Of a stretch of DNA of 22,540 nt, positions 10,368-19,124 are shown one piece after another. Source of the stretch: Chiloscyllium plagiosum (lineage: Eukaryota); contig NC_057718.1 of assembly GCF_004010195.1 (NCBI RefSeq), forward strand, positions 79,040,676-79,063,215, read 5' to 3'. Position numbers and translations under genes: made by a program. Within the stretch, counting starts at the first letter, position 1; every line of letters begins with the position of its first letter. The notes under the pieces were generated by a model. That model was not told where the DNA came from. It made no database searches and saw nothing but the letters and a program-made list of their open reading frames with translations.

Positions 10368-11746
10368 AAAAGGTGACTGTGCCAAAGCAGCTGACATCTA
10401 AAGACAAGAACATTGAAAATGTAACTGTAATCAGTGATAAGCATGGGAAGAAACAACGCTCCAATATGCGAACAACAGAAAGAGACCATAAGCAAACAGT
10501 GCAATGTGCATTTATGTTAGACCCTATCACTGGGTCTTCTGCAAAGAATTCAGTTCCTAACAAGCCTTACCTCTGCCTTAGCTGTAGTAACTCCAACTCT
10601 CCAGTCTCGGTGCCCGTTAACAGGCCAACACGGCAAACTTCTAGAACAGATTGCCCAGCTGACCGCTTGAAATTCTTTGAAACTTTGCGATTACTTCTTA
10701 AGCTTACCTCAGTTTCTAAACGAAAGGAGAAGGAGCAGAGGGGTCAGGAAAATACCTCTTATGAATTGAACAGATCAAATGAACTTATTTGGCTGGAGCT
10801 ACAGGCCTGGCATGCAAGTCGTAGCATAAGTGATCAGGATGTTTACCTATACACTGCGCGCCAAGCTGTCCCTGATATTATTGATGAAGTTTTGAACTTC
10901 AAAGTAAATTATGGAAATCTCTGTGCTTGCAAAAGGGATGGTTATGCTGATGCTGCTGGAGATGATGAGATTTTTCAACAGAAGACTGAATGTTTTAGGA
11001 CTTCAGGAACACATGTCTTTGGTCACAGTAATTATCAGGAACACATCCAGTGTCAGAGAGTTGCATTTGAGCAGGTTAAAAGTATTATGGAGCTGCTAGA
11101 GTCTGTGGAAGCACTTTATCCATCATTGCAGGCCCTTCAGAAAGACTATGAGAGGTATGCTGCAAAGGACTTTCAAAGCAGAGTGCAGGCGCTCTGCTTA
11201 TGGCTAAACATAACTAAAGATCTGAACCAGAAATTGAACTTAATGCGCACAGTCTTGGGCATTGAGAAATTACCAAACATTGGCTGGCCAGTGTTTGAAA
11301 TTCCATCTCCTCGTCCTTCTGGAGCAAGTGACCCAGATGAGGAAGAGGACAATAGTGACAACTGCTCACAGACTTGCCTGTTGGAAAATGAAGATGCGCT
11401 TGGACATGAAGATGAAATCACTGAGTCAGAAAATGACAGAGAATATAGTGCATGTAAGCACAAAGCAGGGATACATGTTCATTTTCAGTCTTTGGATGGT
11501 CTCCCAAAGAAATTTGAAAGATCCATGTCTGAAGATGAAGCACCATTAATGGGAAATCAGACTGCTGAGTGCCCATCTGACACTAGTGTCAACAGAAATT
11601 GTCAAACCTCTATTTATAGGCCTTTTGTTGATAAAGCACTGAAACAAATGGGATTACGGAAGCTCATAATGAGACTTCACAAGTTAATGGATGGGTCCCT
11701 ACAAAGGACTCGAATAGCACTGGAGAAAGATGTTAGTACACTGGAG
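10368..11746 (+). CDS. MAP3K4: MAP3K4 (MEKK4/MTK1) large internal coding exon, N-terminal regulatory region; ortholog of human exon 3; phase 1 start, phase 0 end
   Basis: Translation contains MAP3K4 signature blocks RQTSRTDCPADRLKFFETLRLLLKLTSVSK, NELIWLELQAWHA, EALYPSLQALQKDYE, IGWPVFEIPSPRPS and TSIYRPFVDKALKQMGLRKLI.RLHKLMDGSLQR. Flanked by ttcag| and |gtaaga. Length 1379 nt = 2 + 459 codons, open throughout. Confidence 0.96.
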
Positions 11747-11752
11747 GTAAGA
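11744..11752 (+). promoter_or_regulatory. 5' splice donor GAG|GTAAGA
   Basis: Consensus donor exactly where MAP3K4 homology ends (..STLE). Confidence 0.9.
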
Positions 11753-11929
11753 GCTCTGACTTAGTGGTAACAATGCTGAAATTATGAAGGTTTTAAAACT
11801 TTTTTTCAAGACATTAGTCATATTTTATATTTGTTTTTGCCTTTTATGACAGTATTAAATACCCTTTAACTAATACTGAATGTTATAAAGTTGCATCTAT
11901 CAGGACATTATAGACAATGGCTGGTACGA

Positions 11930-12200
11930 AAGTAAAAATACAAAATATTGATGGTATTAGTATGCCAAACATCATCTGTAGAGAGAAAAAAAAGTTAACA
12001 TTTCAAGTCAATGGACTTTTTATGAGAACTGGAGGACATCAGTAATTTACCAGGTTTTCAGAAAGAACAGAGTCGAGGAGTGTACTGAGCAGAATGAATT
12101 GAAAAAAGAAAGTCTGTGATAGGGCAGGGATGATTAAATACAGTAAAGGATAATGTTGGCAAAAGAAATGGTAATGATACAAATTGAGGTTTGGAAGTCA
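11930..12200 (-). mobile_element. Old, highly diverged Penelope-like terminus
   Basis: CATCATCTGTAGAGAGAAAAAAAAGTTAACATTTCAAGTCAATGGACTTTTTATGAGAACTGG resembles the GCAGCATC...ACGTTTC...TTCATCAG layout of the other PLE ends. Minus strand gives a decayed core CTCATAA..AGTC..GACTT-GAAATGTT. Confidence 0.5.
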
Positions 12201-12324
12201 AACATGAGAAGAGAAACACCAACTTGAAAGGAACTAACTGAATGTAAAACATACTAAAGCATGTCACTGGAGTGTTGCCAAGACACTGAAGCACTAACAT
12301 ATGTTGCAAAACCAGATGGTTAAT

Positions 12325-12640
12325 GTTGATTTTGAGCGAAGTCTTAATGGCGAAGAAAGAGGTGGATAACTTCAGTGACAGAATTCCATACTATGCAATC
12401 CTGGCAGCTGAAAAGATTTCTGCCAGTTATAAAACAGTGAAGATTTCTGGTGCACACAGCCAGAATTGGAGGAGCAAAATTTTAGACAATTAAAGGACTA
12501 GAAGAGATTTAACATAAGAAAGGGTAAAGCTATGGAGGAATTGGAAAATAAGGATGAAGTGGTGTAAAAAGGTTTTACTGAAACATAAGCTATTGTCAAT
12601 TGGATACCGATGCCTGAATGGAATCTGGTGTGCCAATGGT
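12325..12640 (-). mobile_element. Diverged L2 LINE fragment
   Basis: GAATTCCA..GGCAGCTGAA..GCCAGAATTGGAGGAG shares motifs with the L2 piece at 21800-22040. Confidence 0.55.
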
Positions 12641-12666
12641 TGCATTAGGCTCGCTTTTCTTTATGA

Positions 12667-12779
12667 TTTTTATTGAATTCATATTTCAGCATCTGCTATG
12701 ATGGGATTTGAACATGTTCCCATAACATTAGCCTATGATTCTGGATTACCAAGGACATTACCACTCTGTCACTGCCTCC
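12667..12779 (-). mobile_element. tRNA-derived SINE 5' head (SacSINE/Deu-SINE-like)
   Basis: Minus strand GGAGGCAGTGACAGAGTGGTAATGTC (A box) .. GTTCAAATCCCA (B box) .. GAATTCAATAAAA. Confidence 0.65.
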
Positions 12780-13271
12780 TCATATATAATATCCCACTTT
12801 AGCTTTATATCAACAAATCCGGGAAAATTTGTGCAGTGTAGTTTTCAATTCTGTGTGAAAAAAGTTTACCTGCCAAGTACCCATATGTACAAACAATGGT
12901 GTTGCCAATATTAAAATGATAGACTTAGGAATTGCAGAGAAACGAGTACAGGTGTAATTTGCATTCTAATTTAAAATATTAAGTACTTTTTTTATTTGCA
13001 ATAAAAGTTCTAATTTGTATGCTTGAGAAATAAAGAATTCAACCTTGGGGTGAATGTGATTATGAAAATAAATTGATTGCAAATTCCTTGGGTTCTGTTT
13101 CCACCTCCTTGAATTATATTTCAAGTGATCATATCAGCTATATGACCATAGAATATACTATAGTAGTATTGCTTGGCAGTTTGCTCTGCATTCCAGGTTA
13201 TGATGTAGGCCTGGTAAAAATCTTATGATTTTAAAATAAGAGTTCTGTGTTTTCTTGAGAGAATCTATTTT

Positions 13272-14148
13272 GACAGCACTCTGGCAATAGCACTGAAGAC
13301 TGCTCCAAAACTTGCCACACTCCTAGCCACCTGCTCCAGTATAGCTACAACACTAGCAAGTCCCCAACAATGTGGAAAATTGCCAACGTGTGTCCTGTAC
13401 ATACAAAGCAGGATAAATCCAACCCAGCCAATTATCACTCCTTTAGTATACTCTTGATCATTAATAAAGTGATGGAAGGTGTCATCAAACAGCATCTGCT
13501 TAGCAATAACCTGCTCACTGGTTTGGGTTCTGTCGGAGCCACTCGGCTCCAGACCTAATTACACCCTTGATTCAAACATGGAAAAGGAGTTGAATTCCAG
13601 AGGTGAGGTGAGAATGACTAGGCTTGACATCAAGACCGCATTTGACTAAACGTGGCATCAAGGAGTTCTGACAAAGCTGCAATCATTGGAAATCCGGGGG
13701 CAAACTCTCAGGTGGTTGGAGTCCTATCTGGTGCATTGGAAGAAGACTAAGGTTGTTGGAGGTTAGTCATCTCAGCTCTAGGACATCTCTGTAGGAGTCT
13801 GTCAGGGTAGTGTCCTAAGCCCTGCAATCTTCAGCTACTTTATCAATGACCTTCCCTCCATCATACCATCAGGAGTTAGAATGTTTTGCACTATTCTGAA
13901 CTCCTCTGATACTGAAACAGATCATGTTCATATGCAATAAAACCTGGATATAGGCTGATAAAATCCAGATGTGGGCTGACAAATTTGTGCCAGCATTGAC
14001 CATCTCCAATAAAAGACAATCTAACCATCACTTCATGACATTTAGTGCCGTTACAATCATTGAATACTCCACTGTCGACATCCTTGGGATTACTGTTGAC
14101 TAGAAACTCAACTGGTCCTGCTGTATAAACAGTAGCTACAAAAGTAGG
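13272..14148 (+). mobile_element. CR1/L2-group LINE RT fragment (left part, split by a Penelope insertion)
   Basis: MWKIANVCPVHTKQDKSNPANYHSFSILLIINKVMEGVI, LDIKTAFD, GVCQGSVLSPAIFSYFINDLPS. Confidence 0.85.
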
Positions 14149-16051
14149 AACAAATTACTGCAGACACTGGAATCTGTGCTGAAGACAATGCTGGAGATCA
14201 CAGCAGGTCAGACAGCCTCCATAGGAAGAGAGCAGTGCTTTGAGTCTAGATGACTTTTCATCAGAGCTGAAGTAAAGTGTGAAGAGGACAGCTTTTATGC
14301 TTCAATTTGGAAGAATTGGGGTAGTGGGTGTAGGGTGCTGATGGAGCAAGGATGTTAACAGTTCAGCTTAAGTGATTGGAATGTCAGAATGGCAGAACAA
14401 TGATGTGTCCCTGCCAGACTTGAAAGGATACAAGTAGTTCTCTTATAACGCCATAGTTCGGTTTCCGTGTGATCTTGCTTTTTAAGAAAATCATGCGATG
14501 TGAGCATCATTTAAACTAATGAGGCCAGAATAGCTTTATAGCCAATACAGGTAAGGAAAGTTCACGTTCAACAAATATTGGTCTAAATTCGGCAATCATG
14601 TTATAGCCAATTTGTGTTGTAGAGACACATACTAAAGAACTGTGCTATAGGAGAACCCCGTTAGTAAGTGGGATGAGGGGACGGGAGGACATGATAAGCT
14701 AAAAGATAGGGAAGAGATATTCACAATTTAAAGGTGTTCAACTCCATATTGAGTCCAGAAGGCTGTAAAGTGCCTAGTCTGAAGATGAGATGTTCCTCCA
14801 GTTAGCACTGTGATTCACTGGAACACTGCAGCATGTGGAGGACAGGCATGTGGTTATGTGAGCAGGACACCGTGTTAAAATGACTGGCTGCATGAAGGTC
14901 GGGGTGGTTCTTGTGCACAGATCGGAGGTGTCCTGCAAAGTGGCCACCCAGTTTGCATTGGGCTTCTACAATGTAGAGTAGGCCACATTGTGCACAGCAA
15001 ATACAATACACAAGATTGGAGGGGGTGTAGATGAAATGCTACTTCACCTGAAAAGACTGCTTAGGCCCTGGGATAGTGAGCAGGGAGGAGGTGAAGGCCC
15101 ACGTGTTACATCTGTGGTTACATGGGACGGTGCTATGCAGAGGGGGTATGGTGTTGGTGGTTGTGGAATCAACTAGCATGTCCTGGAGGAAACGATCCCT
15201 GAGAAATGAAGGCAGGGAGTGAGGGGAAAGATGTGTTTGGTGGTAGCGTTCTGATGGAGCTTTGAAATGTCGGAGAATGATCTTTGAACACGGCTGTTGG
15301 GATGAAAAGTGATGGCAAGAAGAGCCCAATCACATTGTTGTGAGTAATGGCAAGGGCAAGTGTGGAAGCTCAGGTGATAGGATGCATTTAAGGGCCCTGA
15401 TAACTGGGACCCATGTAGGTGCCCTCCTTTGACTTGGCTGAAGTGAGATGAATTAAAGGAGAATTGTTCAGTGAGAGAACACGTTCAGCCAGGTGGAGGT
15501 GAGTGGTGGTGGTGGGTGGGGATTGTTCAGGCCTCTGGTTGAGGAAGAAGCTGAGAGCTCTCAGACCATCCTGGTGGGGAATGGAGATACAGAGGGATTG
15601 GGCATCCATGGTGAACAGGAGGCAGTTAAGGCCAGGGAACTGGAAATTGTCAATATAAGGGAGGGCATCAGGAACATTGCAGATGTAGGTAGGCAGGGTC
15701 TGTACAAGTTGAGAGAAGGTGGAGCCATGGTAGGAGGAAATGAGCTCAGTGGGGCAGGAGCGATGGGCCTACTGGGGCAGTCTGGTTTGTGGATTTTGGG
15801 AAGGAGGTAGAAATGGGCTGTCCAGAGTTAGGCGACTACTAGGTTGAAGGCAGTGGGAGAAGGATCTCCAGAGGTAATGAGCCTTTGCAAGATAAGGAAC
15901 CGTGCACCAGACTACAGCAGCACTACCTTTTGTTTGATAACAGAGTTAGGGTTGGACCTAAGACAGCAAAGTGTAGTAATTTCAGAAGGGGACAGGTTAG
16001 AGTGGGTGAGAGGAGCAGAGAAATTGAGATGACCAATGTCACATTGGCAGT
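14149..16051 (-). mobile_element. Penelope-like retroelement (Neptune-type): RT, Cys linker and GIY-YIG endonuclease; decayed and internally deleted
   Basis: RT MDAQSLCISIPHQDGLRALSFFL..GTYMGPSY (15609-15400). Linker PCNHRCNT. GIY-YIG YCICCAQCGLLYIVE..HL..SHFN..LEEHLIFRLGTLQPSGLNMELN, stop at ~14721. Terminal hammerhead-like CTGATGA-A-AAGTC-atcta-GACTC-AAAG at 14264-14238. Confidence 0.9.
14431..14661. mobile_element. Tigger/pogo-like MITE inserted in the PLE 3' UTR
   Basis: TA flanks. Imperfect terminal inverted repeats GTTCTCTTATAACGCCATAGTTC and GAACTGTGCTATAGGAGAAC. No coding capacity. Confidence 0.6.
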
Positions 16052-16625
16052 TCAGAGGCTAGGAATACTTCAGTGTGTAACTCACCACCTGACTCCCCAA
16101 AGCCTAAAAGGGACAAGTAAGGAGTGTGATGGGATACTCTGCACTTGCCTGAATGAGTACAGCTCCAAAAACGCTCTAAGATTGACAACGTCCAGAACAA
16201 AACAGTCTGCTTGATTGGCACCATAATAACCACAAGCATCCACTCCCTCCACTACCAGCACTCAGTTGGAGCAGTGTGTAATATTTAGACTATGCAAGGC
16301 AGAGAAATTTGCCAAAGATCGTTAGCACTTTCCAAACCCATGTCGACTTCCATCTTGAAGGAAAGTGGCAGCAGATACATAAGCGCAACACCATCTGCAA
16401 GTTCCCCTCCAATCCACTCCTCATCCTGACTTGGAAAAATATTACCGTTTCTTTGCTGTTGCTGAATCAAAATCCTGAGACTCTCTCCCTAACAGTATTG
16501 TGGATCTGCTGAGCATGGACAGCAGAGGTTTAAGAAAACAGCTCTCCACCAGGTTTTCAAGGCCACCCAGGGGTTGGCAATTAATGCTAGCCTGCCAGCA
16601 ATGCCCACATCCCACACAATAAAGG
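16052..16625 (+). mobile_element. Right part and 3' UTR of the LINE split at 14148
   Basis: Resumes TCAGAGGCTAGGAATACT.. (continuing ..GCTACAAAAGTAGG). Ends GCCCACATCCCACACAATAAA. Confidence 0.8.
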
Positions 16626-16632
16626 ACATTCG

Positions 16633-16763
16633 TGATTTGAAGGTGCCTGTGTTGCACTAGGGTGTACAAAGTTAAAAATCATTCAACACCAGGTCATATA
16701 GTCCAACAGGTGAAGGAGCAGTGATCCAAATAAACCTGTTGGACTATAACTTGAGATTTTTAA
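16633..16763. mobile_element. Internally deleted palindromic PLE-terminus element
   Basis: Perfect 15-bp inverted repeat at 16697-16711 and 16734-16748 around a TGAAGGAGCAG remnant. Same family as 17520-17725. Confidence 0.7.
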
Positions 16764-16796
16764 AGAAAATTCATGTTTTTGTCATGTTAACATAAT

Positions 16797-17517
16797 TAGG
16801 TCATTTAGTTATACAGCACAGACACAGACTCTGTCCAACAGGTCCAAGCTGACCAGATATCCTAAATAAATCTAGTCCCTTTCTATTTATATACTCATCC
16901 AGATGTTTTAAATGTTGCAATTGTACCAGCCTGCACCACTTTCTCTGGTAGCTCGTTCCATGTCCCTTGTCCCTTTTAGGCTTTGGGGAGTCAGGTGGTG
17001 AGTTACACACTGAAGTATTCCTAGCCTCTGAACTGCCAACGTGACATTGGTCATCTCAATTTCTCTGCTCCTCTCACCCACTCTAACCTGTCCCCTTCTG
17101 AAATTGCTGCACTTCGCTGTCTTAGGTCCAACCCTAACTCTGCGTGGAAAATGTTGGATCCCTTTTTAAATCTTTCCCCTGTTACCTTAAACCTATGTCC
17201 TCGAGTTTTAGATTCCCCCATCCTGGGAAAAGACCTTGTCTATTTACCCTATCCATACCCCTCATGATTTTATAAACCTTTATAAGGTCACTCCTCAGCC
17301 TCTGCTCCAAGGAAAATAGCTCCAGTATATTCAGCCTCTCCCCATATTTCAAACCCTCCAACTCTGGCAAAATCCTTGTTAATCTTGTCAAAACAGTTAC
17401 AAGTTTAACAACAGTCTTCCTTTGGCAGGGAGACCAGAATTGCATGCAGTATTCCAATAGTGGCTTAACTGATGTCCTGTATAGTCACAACATAACCTCC
17501 CAATTCCAATCCTCAGC
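16797..17517 (-). mobile_element. CR1 (HER1-type) LINE 3' portion, antisense, carrying a templated insertion
   Basis: ORF 17182-17457 EYCMQFWSP..RLTRILPELEGLKYGERLNILELFSLEQRLRSDLIKVYKIMRGMDRV. The 3' UTR matches 4050-4296. Confidence 0.9.
16966..17142 (-). repeat. 177-bp inverted duplicate of 15941-16117
   Basis: 173/177 identical by manual alignment, with no indels. Confidence 0.97.
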
Positions 17518-17519
17518 AA

Positions 17520-17725
17520 TCTAGGTTTGTTCAATATGTCATTTCAGTTGCATGACACAGTGATCTTTTGCTATACATTCTGTGGTCTTACTCCACAGCT
17601 ACCTGATGAAGGAGCAGCACTCTGAACGCTAGTCCTTCCAAGTAAACTTGTGGGACTATATAACTTGGTGTTGTGTGATTTTTAGCTTTGTCTACCCCAG
17701 TCCAACACCGGTTCATCCACATCAT
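17520..17725 (+). mobile_element. Penelope-like 3' terminus with a degenerate hammerhead
   Basis: CTGATGA-A-GGAGC-agc-ACTCT-GAAC-GCTA at 17603-17631, followed by GGACTATA..GGTGTTGTGTGATTTTTA..CCCCAGTCCAACACC. Confidence 0.7.
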
Positions 17726-17739
17726 GGCCAAATAACTCA

Positions 17740-17963
17740 GTAAGAGGGCCTAGCAATCACTTCCCTAGCTTCACAGAGTTTTAGGGTACACCTGATCGGG
17801 TCCCAGGGATTTATGCATTTTAAGTCGTTCAGCACCACGTCTTATGTAATATGGACATTTTTTAAGTTGTCACTATTTATTTCCCCACATTCTCTGTTCT
17901 CCATATCCTTCTGCACAGTAAACACTGATGCAAAATACTCATTTAGTGTCTTCCCCCATCTCC
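17740..17963 (-). mobile_element. CR1 ORF2 internal fragment, antisense
   Basis: TLNEYFASVFTVQKDMENRECGEINSDNLKNVHIT is homologous to ILSEYFASEFTVEKEMEDIECGETDGDILKNVHVI at ~2290-2395. Confidence 0.88.
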
Positions 17964-17964
17964 T

Positions 17965-18515
17965 TGTATTACATATATGGGCCATTTGATTCTGCAGGTT
18001 CATACCTGTGTTTATACTACACACAAAACCCCTCCCACTCCCCTTTATCCACCCCATTGCTGAATCCTTCTAATTTTTTTCTCCCTCAAGTTTTTAGCAA
18101 TTCTTGAATGCATGTATGCTGCTCACTTCAATGAGTGGTTGCCAGTTCAATGTTGTAAGCAATCTGGGAAATTTCTTCCCAGTTCTCTTTTTCGTTTATT
18201 GGTACTAAGCTTATGCTAATGGCACCTAATTCTGGGCATCTCGACATAGAAATGTCTGTTACTTTTAAAACTTTTCATTGTCTTCAAGATCTTTTAACAG
18301 ACCATCCTTCAGTATTTTCTTTTGTAAAAGATAGAGCACCAGCTTGTTCGGTTTTTCCTGATGGCTATAATTTACAGTTTTGATATTCCTGTGAATCTCT
18401 TTGCATTCTTTTCAGTACTTCTATTTCTTTTTTATGATATTGAGACTCAAACTGTTTGCAATAATCTTACACCATTAATATAACTTCTCTGCTTTTCATT
18501 TCTATCCCTCCATCA
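17965..18515 (-). mobile_element. Old diverged CR1 3' region, antisense
   Basis: GGGCCATT..CATACCTGTGTTTATACTACACAC..CCTCCCAC tail followed by decayed reverse-strand CR1 motifs (GTGAATCTCTTTGCATTCTTTTCAGT..GAGACTCAAACTG). Confidence 0.55.
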
Positions 18516-18640
18516 CCTTGATGTAATATTTTGAGATTCATTTCAAATGGCAAGTGGCTATTTATCCTGGATAATTTTAGTGGGGTAGTCATGAACATTG
18601 AATGAACAATGTTGACTAAGAAGCAAAGTCAACAATAATG

Positions 18641-19124
18641 GGAAGGATATTGTTAAACCTGGGTGCAGGAAAAATTAACAAGGATGTTGCTGAGACTGAA
18701 GGGTTTGTGTTATTAGGAGAGGCTGATTAGGCTGGGGCTTTTCTCCTTGGAGTGTTGGACACTGAGGGGTGACCTTTATGGAGGTTTTTAAAATCATGAG
18801 GTGCATGGATAGGGTGCTTAGGCAAGGTTGTTTTCCTGGGCTGGGGTGTCCAAAACTAGAGGGCATAGGTTTAAGGTGACAGCGAAAAGATTTAAAAAGA
18901 CCTGAGGGATAACTGTCTCATGCAGTGGATGGTGTGTCTATGCTACAAACTGCCAGAGGAAGTGGTGGAGGCAGGTACAATTACAACTTTAAAAGGCATC
19001 TGGGTGGGTGTATGAGTAGAAAGGGATATGGGCTTGGTGCTGGCAAATGGGACTAGGTCAGATTGGGATGTTTCATTGGCACAGATGAGTTGGACTGAAG
19101 AGTATGTTTGTGTTGTATGACTAA
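18641..19124 (+). mobile_element. CR1 (HER1-type) LINE 3' portion
   Basis: Colinear with 3790-4290 (AGGATGTTG..CTGAGGGGTGACCTT..CCAAAACTAGAGGGCATAGGTTTAAGG..GCCAGAGGAAGTGGTGGAG). Confidence 0.9.

Noticed and set aside
10357..11549. Overlapping alternative-frame and antisense ORFs (68, 62, 96 and 95 aa)
   Set aside because: Shadows of the real exon with no recognisable homology.
10373..11764. 463-aa ORF as a standalone intronless gene or retrocopy
   Set aside because: It starts at a GTG just after a strong acceptor and runs past a consensus donor. The terminal VRALT* is intronic and there is no kinase domain, so it is an internal exon.
11747..11860. Intronic polyadenylation giving a truncated MAP3K4 (ATTAAA at 11854-11859)
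   Set aside because: The hexamer is expected by chance in AT-rich intron and has no further support.
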